A stretch of 64,000 nt of DNA, taken from Gekko japonicus (taxonomy: Eukaryota). Position numbers and translations under genes: made by a program. The stretch spans positions 730,854 to 794,853 of the forward strand of contig NW_015169194.1 of assembly GCF_001447785.1 (NCBI RefSeq). The letters are read 5' to 3'. This document shows, piece after piece, positions 23,883 to 37,155 of the stretch. The notes under the pieces were generated by a model. That model was not told the DNA's origin and searched no databases. It worked only from the letters and a program-made list of their open reading frames with translations. Positions within the stretch are counted from its first letter, which is position 1. Each line of letters starts with the position of its first letter.

Positions 23883-25323
23883 GTAACAAATATCCTCAGT
23901 TCATATATTTCAGGCATGTATTATGTTAAACTATATCAAAGGTCCACAGATTTTGGTTGAGCTTAATAGCCAGTCATGTTTGTATTAGACAGTTATGAAA
24001 TCCACTGCCTCTATGATAATGCAGAAATATTGTATGCATTTATCAAAACTGATTGATTTTCATGAGATTGAATGAAACACTATATTACCAAGATTGGATT
24101 ATATGGAAAACCTTGCAGAGGGAGTTGGCTGAGTGCATATTTCCCTGTCTTCCTTTTTCCCAGCAGCAGTTGCTACTCATCTTGAAAATGGTATTTGTGT
24201 ATTATTTCATGACAGAATTATTCTTTAGAAATGGAACATTTTCTACAGAAAACTAAAGAACTGGAAAGTTTCTCCCTGATACCATTGTTGCTCTGTGATG
24301 GTGTGCTGGCTGCTATTATAAGATAATGTAAGCTGATGGAAGATGTAAAAATGACCCATTTCCAAACCTGCTAATAACCAACATACCTTGCAAAAATGCT
24401 ATTTTTCTGTGTAGTCTGGAGATACCCTAACAATTTTGCTATCTAAATATGATGGACCCCGGGCACTTCCCCACTATCAGGCAGGTTTTCCCATCAAAAA
24501 TGTATTCCCAGCTGTGACTGAGCAGTCCCAAGTAGCATGGATTTAGTTATTGTTTTAAAAGTCTGTCTGTCCCACCCTGTCACGAAGATCTAATTGGTCT
24601 TTTAGCCCAGTCTAGGAACTTGATGGGATAAGCAAGAGCCCTGTTTTTCCCTTTCAAGTAGCACTTGAGACAATGTAACATTCAAACAGAAATAACTACT
24701 TTCTTTAACAGGCAGGGATTGAATAGGTGTAGTCGGGTTGGAAATGCTGAGGTAAAAATTGTTGTTAATACAGATTATACTTCTTTTAACAATCAAAACA
24801 CTGTTATTGAAACTATTTTCATATATTCTTGGCTCTTAACAGTGAGAGTCGTATTTTAATTACAGTGCATTTTAATTACAGTTACAGTGTTTCTTCATAT
24901 AGTTTCCTATGACTCTTCAGGTTTCCCGGAGATTATCTCTATTTGTGTACCTAAACTCTCCCCCTTTTGGAAACCACGGTTTATTTCAATATCCCAAGGT
25001 GTCTAAATCTGATTCCCTTCACAACAGACCAGGGGTCTCCTCAGAGCAAAACCCCCTGTGTAACTGGGCAGGAATTCTCCTCCTCCTCCTCAGAAGATAT
25101 AACCCTTTTCTTTTGGCCTGAATGGGAGTTTCAGCATACTACCCAATCGCCCTCGCCAAAATCTCAATCCCAGTTCTGGTGTCTGTGTAAAACGGACTTC
25201 AGTTTAGGCTGACTCTTAGACGTTCAGTTTTGATACTGAATTCTTCCTCGGAATTGATAGAAAACAGTTGAGGCAAAGAGTTGTTTCCCTTCCCTCCAAC
25301 GGCGAACCTGTCTGACTGACATA

Positions 25324-25615
25324 GGCCCCTGGCACACGGGACGGCTGAAACGCGGCTACTCAGAGCCGCTCCAAACTTGAGACGCCGCGGCGGGATCCCA
25401 CGGATCCCCTAGCCGCGGCGCATCACTCCCCGGCACGATCAGATGCCGGGGAGGAAAAGTCCGAGGGGAGGGGGGAGGCTGCCGAACTGCGCATGCTCGG
25501 GCATGCGCAGTACGGCTGGGGGCCGGGATGCGGCGGCGCAAGGACGCGCCCGCCTGTTTGCTCCGCCCCAGTTCCGTCCCGCTCCCGGCCCAAATGGGCT
25601 TGTATGAACAGGGCC
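25324..25615. mobile_element. GC-rich Harbinger-like MITE
   Basis: Loose GGCCC...GGGCC TIRs resembling 29947 and 36043. Confidence 0.45.
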
Positions 25616-26164
25616 TCTGTCAGGCTCACTGACTCCAACTGACTCTGTTAGAAGCTGACTGACTGTCTGACTTCCGAGATCAACTGGCTGAAAGACTCCC
25701 CAAAAGACCATGCCCTCAGCACTCAGCTAATCATATAGTTCTCCTCAGCGGGCGCTGGCCACTGTGGAGGTAAAAAGCAAGAACTGACCCCCCCCCCTTA
25801 TTTAGCATCCACCAGCAGTATTTAAGGAACAGGAAGTTATAATTCCAGAATATTACCCATGTTAACCTGTTTCAAGTAAGACCACAAATAGCCTATTACA
25901 AATTCTAAATGATCCTCCTGATGTGGTATGAAATGCTGCACACCAAACCAGACTATGGCTAGACCTTAGAAGTCTTTTATTTTGAATAAGACTTTTGTAG
26001 CACCTTAAAAACTAAAGCATTTATAATGGCATAATCTTAATTTAAACCAAAACAGCCTTTGTCAGCTGCATCTGATGGGCTCTGGTTCATACCACAATAA
26101 AAGTGTTGGTTTGGAGGGGGGGTGAGTAGTGTGTGTGTGTGTGTGTGTGTGTGTGCGCACGTGC

Positions 26165-26368
26165 TTGTGAGCCTGGAAGTTATGGTGACTTCTGGCGACC
26201 CCTCGTGGGGTTAAGATGTTTCAGAGAGGTGGCTTATATTACCTGCCTCTGCATTCTGGGCCTGGTATTCCTTAGAGGTTGTCCTTCCCAGTAATTGCCA
26301 GGATCGACCCTGCTTAGCTTCTAAGATCTGATGAGATCGGGCTTGCCTAGGCTATCCAGGTCAGGACA
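26165..26368 (-). mobile_element. 5S rRNA-derived SINE with RTE-like tail
   Basis: Minus cccgatctcatcagatcttagaagctaagcagggtcg 5S-like head; ends in (CA)n. Confidence 0.7.
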
Positions 26369-26642
26369 GAAAACTGTTAGTTTTTAAGGTGTTACAAAAT
26401 TCTGCTATTAAGCTACAAGTGTGCCTTTCTGTCTTATGTTCCAACTTGTGGTCCATCTGTAGTGTTGTCTGGTTTGGTGCATTGGGATGGGAAAATTATT
26501 CAGGGCTGGGCTTTTGGATTTATTTGATTCATACATTACAACAATCAGATTTTAGTACTTTTACATTTAATCTTACATGGGTATGTACACTTTTGTAGAA
26601 GTAAACCACTGAATTCATGCTGTTTTTCCATGCTGCCTACAG

Positions 26643-26782
26643 AAGTATTTCCAGAAATGAAAATATCAGATTCAGAACATGACTGGATTATTTTAAACGT
26701 GAATATGACTGGTTACTATAGAGTTAACTATGACCAATCCAACTGGCGAACATTGGCCAAAATTCTTGAAAGTGACCCAAAG
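26643..26782 (+). CDS. LVRN: LVRN exon (~12)
   Basis: KVFPEMKISDSEHDWIILNVNMTGYYRVNYDQSNWRTLAKILESDPK; cag/gtaaga. Confidence 0.95.
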
Positions 26783-27069
26783 GTAAGATTGTATCTGAAA
26801 CCTTAGGTAGGTGTCCACACATTGTGTCTGGGCTTGAGAGCCAATAAAATCCAATCCCACTCCAATGTTACTTGCAATACTAAATCTTAGACTGATCAGA
26901 CCTTACACTAAATCTGCAGTCATGAGAACACTTTCCTGGGAGCAAGCCTTATTGAATAAAATGTGACTTATTTCTGAGAAGACCTGTTTAGGCTTGTTCC
27001 CTAACTGTGTTGTTAACTAAATAATCCTTTAAATATAAAGAATGCCATCCTCAGTAGAACACATGAAAC

Positions 27070-27282
27070 TGCCTTATACTGAATCCTTATACACATGAAG
27101 CTGCCTTATACTTGGTCTATCAAGGTGAGTATTGTCTATTCAGACCAGTAGTCACTCTCTGTGGTCTCAGGTAGGAGTCTTTCACATCACCTGCAACCTG
27201 GTCCTTTAAGCTGGAGATGCTGAAGATTCAACATGGGGACTTCTGCGTGCCAAGCAGATGCTCTACCACTGAGCCGTGCCCC
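27070..27282 (-). mobile_element. tRNA-derived SINE (Squam2-like)
   Basis: Minus ggctcagtggtagagcatctgcttggc A-box head. Confidence 0.65.
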
Positions 27283-27971
27283 CTCTTTCAGTTCTCATCA
27301 TCTTCAGTCTTACCTAAATTAATGAGCAAATGAAATAATTGTTGCTTTTAAACTAAATTTGATACTTTTGATCTGTTTGCGGTTCCATTTTTTGTAAGCA
27401 AGCTCAAATACTGTAGACTATAATGTACTTTTTTCTGATGAAGGAAATGTCTTGTATAAAATGTGAAGAAATATGGACCAATGCATAACTTGTCTCACAC
27501 AGAGTGTACATTCTGAATACTGTTCAAGTCTGTTCGGGGAGTGTAGTGACATACTGCATCAAGTTATTGGACTCCTTTGACCAGTTAGATAACAGAAGGA
27601 ATTTCAGGGGAAGGTGTGTGTTGATCTAACAGTACATAAGCATATATGTATTTGAGGATGTGTTTGTGAGTTTGACAGCATCCCAATTCCAAATGAGTAA
27701 TCCGTCCATCCTAAATTATTTATTTATTTAGAATTTTCTAATCTTCCTCTTCAGAATCCTGCTTGAGGCAATTGATAAATAAAAACCACCGTATGAAACG
27801 CAAGCCATTTAAAAAAAGCAATTAAAATGTCAGATTTAAGCATAATTTCAGTTGAAGTATGAATGAGGTGCTTAACAAACTGTTGATAAATAATACCTTG
27901 AAATGAAGTAGGCATTTTAATTCATACAGAGTTGTTTAGATCTGCTAAAAGTACATGGATATTCTTTGCAG

Positions 27972-28027
27972 GCAGTTCCGGTGGTCAACAGGTTACAGTT
28001 GCTGGATGATGCCTTTGTACTGAAACG
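27972..28027 (+). CDS. LVRN: LVRN exon (~13)
   Basis: AVPVVNRLQLLDDAFVLKR; gcag/gtgagc. Confidence 0.92.
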
Positions 28028-29946
28028 GTGAGCATGAATGTTTCAGACAGTTTTTACTGTATTTAAAAGTGTCAACAACATTATTTTCATGCCTGTTTCC
28101 ACATTTTAAAAATGATAGTTTTTCCACCGTGCCTTCACCTTGGACAAACCTTGTTTGGGGAGTGCTTGTGACATACTGTATCAGATTAACCTTTGACCAG
28201 TTAAATTAACAAAAGGGCTTTCAGGGAAAAGTATATGTGGATTTACCAACAGTGCAGACCTGTGATAACTCCAGTCAGCATCCTGAGCGCTTTGGAATAC
28301 CTTCAGCAGCCAGAGTGACTAGGGGACCCCTGGAGTCTGCTCTGTGCCTTGCTCTCTATGCTGGTATGAACTCTTGAATAGATGGAGTGGTAATATAATG
28401 CACAAGCATACACGTGCAGACACTGATAATGTTGGAGCAGCCTGCTGTGGTTGAAATATTTGACTGAAACATTTTTTTTCTACTGGTTTTGTTGAAAATA
28501 AAAGAATGCAGACAGGTGATTTGATTCACCAATAACATTGCGTGACTGAGCCTTGGGCTTACTACCTCCTCTTCTGCACCCCAATTCCGTTAGCTGCTGT
28601 TCAGGACAAACCATGGCTTTTTTATTATATCCAGTTCAACAAACTACAGTTTGTGCTTGCCCTCCAAAGCAGGATTGCTTCTTTGTTGTCTCTGAGCATC
28701 ATGCTAATGGCACTTGAACCTGCACGTCAGTCTTATGATTCACAACTTCAAGAGCTGAACTAGAGAAGAGAGACAAACCAGGTAATTGTTGGTGTTTGTT
28801 TTGGTAAAGAAACACTGAAAAGCAGTTACCCCTTCAGGTGAGGTACAAGCTGACAAATAATGAACAACAAGTCAGTACCAAAACGAACATATAAACCTCA
28901 CAACTATTTAAAGAATACTGTAATGTGTGTATAAATCAATTGCTTTTAAGGCTGGAAGCAGGTTGCTTGTGTGGTTTCTCAAATGCCTCTGCATTGATCA
29001 GTAAAAAAACTGGCATATTCTAAAAAAGAAAAAGTAATCTTAAAATTTCTGAGATCTGACAAGATGGGGCTAGCAAAATATTTAGAGTCCAATGGCAAAA
29101 TATTCGTTATGAATTTTTCTCAGTCTCTGAATACCACGTGCACACAAAAGCTCATACCTTGAATAAACCTTTGTTGGTCTCAAAGGTGCCATTGGACTTT
29201 ACACTTTTTCTATCAGTATATAATATAATATTTGAGTTTCAGGTCTCCCAGTTAAGACACTCTCCGACAACACACTTAAGCAGTGGTAGCTTATTGAGAT
29301 ATGCTTACTTTAGAAAACAGGCTCCATGTCAGAACTGAGGAAAAGGTGTGCAAAATCCCCTATTATAGATAATACAAAATACACCCCACACCTCTCACAT
29401 ATGTCACCATTCAGCCCCTACTGTTACTATGGCAACCCTGACAGATATACGGTGCCTTATCTATGTCCAGGCTTGGCAAAAGAGTCTCCAAGGCCAGCTC
29501 CCTTGGGAACTGGCAGTGGGGCACAATCTTAAGGAAAGTTATGGCTTCTACAAGCATCCACTCAAAATACCCATGCACTCCCCTCAGGAATTCCCTTCCC
29601 CCCTTAGTTATGGCAAGCAGTGAAGTAGAACAAGGTGAAATGAAAGCAAGGCTTGAGAGTGATCTCAGTAGCACAGATTTTTAATACATGTGTTAGCTTT
29701 ACTTGAAAGGTTCAAACTTCTGGGATATGGTCATAAAGGTCATGTATAATGTATGTATTCACTGTAGTGAAGATTACATATGTGTGGCAGTAGAGATCTA
29801 GGATAGTGTGAGAACAGAAGGAATACTTAAATATTCGGTCTGTAATAATAGACTACTGGAATAAAAAATCAGTCAGGCATCAAAAAATGTGTTCAGTAAA
29901 CGATCTAGAACATTTTCATGCATCTCACTTGCTTTAAATGAGCCTT

Positions 29947-30323
29947 GGCCCCGGTCACACGGGCCGGAAAACGCGGGGGTAGGCGTGGCTATTTGCGGCA
30001 CCGCAATTAGACGCACGACAATGCGATTAGATGCATCGGCAGCAACCCACGGTTCCGGCCCTTGGCATGTGCGCTGCAACAAAGACGGGCAGAGGGAAAA
30101 GCCGCGCCGGCACGATCACACCGAGGGATTCCGGAGGCAGCCCGTGGCAAACCGTTTACTAGTACCTTCGAGGAGGTATTTTTTAATCATGCATTTTTGG
30201 CGCCATGCCACGGGTTGGCCACGGGTTCGCTCTGCTTGCCAGATGTTGTGGTGCAATCGTGCCCGGAAAATCTGCCATTCCATCATGGCTCTCCCGTGGC
30301 AAATTCGCCGTGTGACTGGGGCC
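29947..30323 (-). mobile_element. Harbinger/PIF-like MITE
   Basis: 16-bp TIR ggccccrgtcacacgg; ctt/cta flanks; inverted relative of 36043. Confidence 0.75.
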
Positions 30324-31340
30324 CTAGTTAGATTTTTATGCATCCATTTTATGTAATATTAGTAGTGTAATATCTTTACAGAAAAGACAAAAAAGAAATT
30401 CTGGTTTTGAGGTCAAGTACCAACCGTAGTTTACTAGTTCAGAGACACATGTCATATAATGCCAGACGTTGATTTTGCATTACTAGTGAATTGACCCAGT
30501 ATCTGAAGTTATAGATATGGAACATTTGGAGTAACAGCAAAAAATTGCCTTTATTAGCTAGTTTAGTTTTTCTCCAACTTAGGGAGCTCCACCAGTGCAG
30601 TCATCCCATATTACACATCACAACTTACAGTGCAATCATATACAGACTTACTTCAGACTAAACCCGTGGGGCATAGACTGGAGTAACTTTCCAGAGGATT
30701 ACATTGTCATTCATGAAAGCCCATGGTGCGAGTTGTTCTTTATACTCCTTTGATTCTGCACACCAAACAGTTGCTTCCTATCCTATCTTTAGCTGGTTTT
30801 TTGCTCCTGTCCTCTTTCTGCTCCAGTTCTGAGCCCAGCCTACCTGTCCTGCCTTTTCCAGCCTCAGTCTGCTTCCTGACCCTGTTTCCAGCTCAGCTTC
30901 CTGTAAACTGCCTGTCTGGAATGTCACAATTCTGACTTTGCATTGTAAGCACATCTTTCTGTCTGTTGGACTGATCATGCTGAATCTTTCCTCCATCTGG
31001 CTGGTGACCCACAAGCAAATTAAAGGTAGAGTCATGTTTTCCCTGGTTGCAGGTTGTTATTTTAAAGTTATGCCGTGCCAGTGCACAATCATACGGAAAG
31101 ATAATAAGGTAATTTTCCATTAAGATTTTCCACGGCAAACTCTTCAGGTGGAAAGCTGCTTCATGCAGTTTCCTGTGTTGTATTGCTTTAATGGAGTTTT
31201 ATTTTCAAATTAATCCCTTATTTGTTTAATTTGAAATGTAGGTGTTCACTTAATTCTGGAATGTTTGAATTTTTGAGGCTCTTATTTTCTTTCTTTTCCC
31301 TATCAAAATTTGCAAATATTGGAACTATTGCAAAGGCACA

Positions 31341-31470
31341 GATCAATGTGGTAGCCATGTTAGTCTGCCGTAGCAGTAGGCAGGAGCAAGAGTCCAGCAG
31401 GACCTTAAAGACTAACAAAATTCGTGGCAGAGTATGAACTTTTGTGAGTCACTGCTCACTTCTTCAGATA
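31341..31470 (-). mobile_element. Penelope-like solo pLTR
   Basis: 10-bp TSD caaaggcaca; CTGAAGA-stem-(A)AAA core on minus strand. Confidence 0.75.
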
Positions 31471-32281
31471 CAAAGGCACATTTAGGGTTCCATTTATTTT
31501 ATGCTCATTCTGAAAACTTTAAAACAATAGATGAATGTTCTGAAACAAAGAATAGGAACCCAGTGGACCTGTCTGATTTCTGAGCATCTCTCCCCCCTCA
31601 TTTTCAGTTCTTTGAGCAAGACTGACTGTGGCAATATATTGTAAAGCTCTTTTCAGCTGCAACAGACTGGCTGGTGGGAATTGAAAGGTTTTCATTTTGA
31701 CTTATTTTGGGCAGGTCAGTGAGGGTAGGTAGATGTGATTTTTATAAAAGCCTGAGCTCTAGACTATGTCACCACAGTGAGGGCCTCTGACTCTAAAATC
31801 TTTCATTTTTCTCCTTTTGAGGATCTAAAAGTAACTCTGCAGTAACTCTGTTAGGGTCCTTCTGACAAGAACTGGAATGAAAATAAATAGGTAAAAGTTT
31901 AGAAAAGAAATGCAAGATTGTAAAAAATGTTGCATTCTTCCAAATCAAAATAGCAAGTAACAGTGTCTCCTCATCCTTAACAGCTATTCTTAATTTTATG
32001 CATAGTTTTTAATGTGTCCTCCTGTTTCTAAATGGATCTTCTTGCCAGGCTAGCAAACTCCTGTGCATAGCCTTGTATGCATTACTTCTCATTTGTAAAT
32101 GGAAACCTCTAGGCTTGTAAAAGTGAAGGAAAAACCTGCAATTCATTTAGTGGATATTTTTTAGCTTTGTTGAAATGGAGTTCAGGAGCAGACTATTTAG
32201 TGGTTTATAGTTATTTTCATTTATTACTGTCTTTTCTTTTACCATTCTCTATTTACATAAAGCTTGATTTCTTTTAAATAG

Positions 32282-32435
32282 GTCTGGTCACACTGAAAAT
32301 GATACTCCGCTATATTTAACTAAATACCTTGAAAAAGAAGATGAAATCTTAATTTGGAATGTGGTATTGGGAAAGCTAGAATTTACCAATGCAATGAATA
32401 TTCTGAGTGATTATGAACTATATCCAGTTTTAAAG
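32282..32435 (+). CDS. LVRN: LVRN exon (~14)
   Basis: SGHTENDTPLYLTKYLEKEDEILIWNVVL...YELYPVLK; tag/gtacat. Confidence 0.9.
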
Positions 32436-33110
32436 GTACATATATTCTTTTAGTTAATAAAACTTATACCAGTTATATGAGTGGCAATGATATGAGCAGC
32501 TTCCAGTGTTACATTGCCTTATTCAAGTTTCAAAAACGTGTGTAGAGAAGTGGCTAAAAGTGTGTTGTCCTTTGAAAAAGTCAGATGTGAATAAGTTTTG
32601 CAAAGCTCCCAGGGAACTGATTCCAGGATTTTCGTGCTCAATTGTAATTATTTGGGTCATCATAATAGCTGAATGGCAGTTTTCCAGCAATATCCGTATT
32701 CACATTTTCAGAACATAACTAGGGAGAACAAGCTGAGGGATTGCAGAGGAATCAAGGGGAAGGGGACAACCCTCCAAAATTCTCTCAGCTTTGGTGGCTT
32801 GAGCATGCTGACTTCTCCGCCTCCTTCCTTTTCTCCCCGTTTAACTCACTCTCAGCATTCACTGTGCCATTCTGAGCAGAGTTTCAGTTTTCTAAACCCA
32901 TTGAATTTACTGGACTTGGAAGGATAGGGTAGATCTATTTAGGACTGTGCCGCCAGTCTCCTCTGGAACATTTTCAGTTCTCACCAGGTCATTTGTTGAG
33001 AGACTTCCTTTTTCTTTTTCTGGTTAATTTAAAAATTTTGTGTACTAGGGGAGCAGAATACATTTAAATAATTAATCTCAAAAAGCCATTTCTCTTTTTT
33101 CCCTCCAAAG

Positions 33111-33205
33111 AAATTCTTCTTAACGCGAATTTTCCCAATATATCATCGTTACGCAAATCTTCTTCGACAGGGTTTTGAAGTGTTGGCAGTTGACCATTAT
33201 ACCAA
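33111..33205 (+). CDS. LVRN: LVRN exon (~15)
   Basis: KFFLTRIFPIYHRYANLLRQGFEVLAVDHYT; aag/gtaagt; phases fit neighbours. Confidence 0.85.
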
Positions 33206-33409
33206 GTAAGTGCTTATAGATTTTAAAAGTGGACCAGCATGCCAATCCTTAAAAATACAGAATAGAACTAAATAAGTCTCACTAATGTGAGACTCACTTC
33301 CAAGCAATATGTTTAGTACTGAAGTGCATGTTTGAGGGATATTTTATATGAAAAAATATAAATAAGCACACATTTTAAGTTGAATATTGGTATGAAAATT
33401 ATGTATTTA

Positions 33410-34122
33410 CAAGGGGCGGACCCGCAATACGGGGGGGAGGAAGCTCCTCCACCTCCCATCCACCCCCCTCGGCTCTCTTCCCCCCCCGGCTCGGAAGCGA
33501 GGTCCGGGAGGCATCCATCTCTGCTCCTCCGTTCTTCCCTCACAACAACCCCAAGAGGTAGGCCGGGTTGAGCAAGAAAGTGTGTGACGCAGTACGGGCC
33601 GGTCCCGTGACGACAGGGAACCCATACCGCAACCTTCCCAGCAGCAGCAGCAAGCTGGGGCCACCGCCCTGTCTGCCCATGCTCAGAGTCACGTTCGGCG
33701 TCCCCGGGCGGTTCCGGGACCGAGGCGCCAAGTCCCTTGCCCCTCCCCGAGCCCGCCCCTTCAGTCTCGACTTGAGCAGCAGGAGAGCGGCCGCTTTCGC
33801 TTTCTGCGCCCGGCCGGCGAGATGGGAGGGACGCGTCACCACTGCTCCTTGGAGCTCCTGTGCTCTGGCTGCTGCTGCTGGAGGTGAAGGTGGGCGAGCG
33901 GGAGAGTGCCATGGGGCCGGGAAACGGGCAAGGGGCGGGGGCGTCTCTCGGAGCGGCTGTTCCCCCCCCCGCCCGGCTCCGAAGCGAGGTCCGGGAGTCT
34001 GCAGCTGCCCGGGCCTCACTGTTCCCCCGTGTGCACAAACCTCTCCCTGCCCCCCAAGTGCCCCTGAAGTGCGGATTTAGATATCCGCACAGAGGGGGCC
34101 AGTTCACTATTAGATATATAGA
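33410..34122 (-). mobile_element. Helitron-like element, same family as 11114, with GC-rich cargo
   Basis: Minus A|TCTATATATCTAATAG ... cccgtattgcggg ... CTTG|T. Confidence 0.75.
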
Positions 34123-35406
34123 TTATATTGTAAGGAGTTCAGGATGGTATATATGAATATTATTACTTTTATCATCTGATCCAATTGAATTATTTTGGCC
34201 TGAGACAAAGTGATTAGTTGAAAATTACTCAGTGAGCTTTATGTTTGAATGAGGATTTGAATCCTCATCTCCTCTAAGTCCAAAATTATTTATTTTAGAT
34301 GAAAAAGTAGAAATAAGGCAAGTAGTTAATTGTGAAACCAGCATTATGGATGAAATTATTTTATATAAGACTTTTCAAAATCCTGAGGTATAAGTGGAGA
34401 GGGAACACTGTAATAGCATTAAAAAGTACATAACTATTCTTTTTTCATATGCTGCCACTTGACAGCAATAGCTACTGATACTAGGGGAATTTCAGACAGC
34501 CGATATGTTCCGTTTCAGGAACTGTTCAGTAACGGTTTCTGTCTGTCATTTCAGACAGAACCTTTTTAGTAACAGTTCCCTGACAGATTATATTTACTCT
34601 TTCAGACAGAAAAGCTTCTGGCTACGAAGCTTAGTCTATCAAGGACAGGTCCCATATGAGATATGGTCCAAGGAAATAAGGGCTAGTCCCTATATTAAAG
34701 GTAGCAACTCTAGAGAAGTATCTTAAAAACCAGGAAAATACACATATTAAGAAAACTTGTATACAACATCAGCAGGTTTGTAGAAACCTGTTGCTTAGTC
34801 TCAGGTGCTTCCATTGCATGACATTTTAAGATAAATGGTAGGACCACCCATGGGAACTAAGGTGTATGATTCTTTGAGAAACCTATTAATCAAGGCACAT
34901 AATTATAAACTAGGGGCAGGGAACTTGTTGTACACATGCTGAACAGTGGCACAGCAGACCATTCTAGTCAGTATTCAGGGCCAGTCCCCTGCCCAAAGGA
35001 CTGTGACAAACTCCATAGGTGCTGGGCACCCATTCGGGAACTCTGCTCACTTCCAGTAGAACCCTTCTCTCTCACCCTCAGTCCTTGTTTGCTGGCACAC
35101 TATATCTTCACTGGTAGATATAGTCACAGACAATAGGTTGGGAACCTATAAAATCACAGAATTATAGCTTTGGAAATCAAAAGGTTATCTGCTCTAGCCA
35201 TGTGCTGAAAGCAGGTCCATACACCACCTGTCCTGTCTCATTTCTTAAACAGATTATGAAAACCAGACTAGAACAGGTGAATTATGCCTCAGAAACCTCT
35301 TGATGAATTCCAGCAGTGTGTATGCACTGAATGCTGAAATACAAAATAGTTCGTGTGTTTCTTTTTGTAAACTTGTATTTATTTTCATTTTGGGTTTTGT
35401 TCCAAG

Positions 35407-35514
35407 AGATGCTATCGAAAGCCTCTTTAGAACAGCGTGTTTGCTTGGTTTCCACGACTGTTTAGACCTAGCTACTGAAATCTTCTCCAAGAGGATGGAC
35501 AGCCCCAAGAACGA
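35407..35514 (+). CDS. LVRN: LVRN exon (~16)
   Basis: DAIESLFRTACLLGFHDCLDLATEIFSKRMDSPKN; aag/gtaaat. Confidence 0.9.
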
Positions 35515-35569
35515 GTAAATACAATTTATACACCTACTTTTATATAAAGTTATAGTTAATGATTTGTTA

Positions 35570-36000
35570 TATTATTTAGAAAATGTTTATGCCTCCTCTC
35601 ACTCCAGGGAACCTGCCTGAAGCGGCTTACAAAACAAAACATAATAAAAACATAATACATTATAAGTTGTTAATTAAAACCTAGCATTATAAACTAAGCC
35701 AGAGCATAAAAACAGAAATCAATCAGGAGTTTAAAATAAATAGAACAGTTGTCAAGCTGTTTGTAAATGGAAACCTCCCTAATTAAAAGCCTGGGTAAAA
35801 GAAGTGTTTGGCCTGGGCAAGGGGCCCCTAGTGAAAAAGCTCTGTCTCTGTTTTCCACAGAGGGGCAGTATTGCTGCAAGGAGATCAGTGTAGGTTTCAG
35901 GTGAGGCTAATGGGGAAAGGCCTTCCCTGGGCAAGGGGCCCCTAGTGAAAAAGCCCTGTCTCTGTTTTCCACAGAGGGGCAGTATAAAGCACTTTCCATC
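35570..36000 (-). mobile_element. L2 3' end with an internal ~58-bp direct duplication (121 bp apart)
   Basis: AFSxxAP-like motif; ctgggcaagggg...ggcagta occurs twice. Confidence 0.6.
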
Positions 36001-36042
36001 CAAAAGGAGGCTGCTTCTTATCAGAGGCATAAAACTAATAAC

Positions 36043-36562
36043 AGCCCCGGTCACACGGAGAATTTGCCGCGTGAAAGGCATGAATGTCAGGCGGATTTTC
36101 GGGGCGCGATCACACTGGAACATCTGGGAAGCGTAGCGCACCCGTGGCCAACCTGTGGCATCCCACCGAAGATGCGGAGTTAAAAAGTACCAAGGAAAGT
36201 GCACTAGTATCCGAAAAATGCGCAGCACAGGCAGGCATCGGATCGCGGGAGCACTAGTATCCCATGGCATCCAGCACCCGTCCACATCCCGTCGCAAACC
36301 GGATGTTTTTCGTAAGCGCACGCGCACAAAACTGAAAGTAGTGCTGCTCCGTGAAACTGCGCATTCGCACAAATGCGAAACGCTTGTGTGATCACGCTGC
36401 GCTGCTTCTTTGCCATGCTGCAGCATCGCCATGTGATCACCAGCTAACAGCCGAAGCATGGAGACTCGGGAAACCATGTGATCGGGCTACCGCGCTTTAT
36501 TTTGCTCCGGGGCGAACAGCCACGCCTCCCCCCCACGTTATCTGGCCCATGTGACCGGGGCC
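36043..36562 (+). mobile_element. Harbinger/PIF-like MITE
   Basis: TIRs agccccggtcacacgg / ccatgtgaccggggcc; 3-bp TSD aac. Confidence 0.8.
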
Positions 36563-36880
36563 AACATTTATCAGAACAAACAATATGATTAATGGGAACA
36601 AGATAGTACTCAAAGCACAGAAAGATGGGATAAGTTTTTAGATGTTCAGAATTGTGTTCAAGTGATGCAACAGACTATGTAACAGAATCCTTTTGTAAGG
36701 CTCTCTGTCTCTTGGGTTGGGTACATTAATTTCATAAAAGAAGAAGAAAGGAAGAATCATTGGTGGAAAATGTTGCTCTGTTTTACGGCTGAGATAGATT
36801 TACAGACCTGGCTAGGATAATCTATTTATTCATATTACCTAGGGAATGATAGAATATCACTTTGAGGTTTGATTACTATA

Positions 36881-37155
36881 GAGCCAGTTTGTTGTAGTGG
36901 TTAAGTGCACAGACTCTAATCTAGGAGAACCTGGTTTGATTCCCCACTCCTCCATTTGCAGCTGCTGGATGACCTTGGGCACGCCATAGTTTTGTCAGAG
37001 CTGTTCTGTCAAGGACAGTTCTGGAAACAGTTCTCTCAGCCCCACCTACCTCACAGGGTGTCTGTTGTGGGGAGGGGAAGGGAAAGGAGTTTGTAAGCCA
37101 CTCTGAGACTCTGAGTGAAGGGTGGGGTATAAATCCAATCTCCTCTTCTTCTTCT
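36881..37155 (+). mobile_element. tRNA/CORE SINE (Squam3-like)
   Basis: A box tgtagtggttaag, B box ggtttgattccc, cctacctcacaggg core, (CTT)n tail. Confidence 0.8.

Noticed and set aside
24578-25940. Solo LTR starting TGTCACG
   Set aside because: Could not define a convincing right end or exact TSD.
33313-34107. 264-aa and 170-aa ORFs
   Set aside because: GC-rich Helitron-like interior with no recognisable domain.
36881-36950. tRNA gene (and 5S rRNA genes at 26290 and 46220)
   Set aside because: Degenerate heads continuing into SINE bodies and tails.
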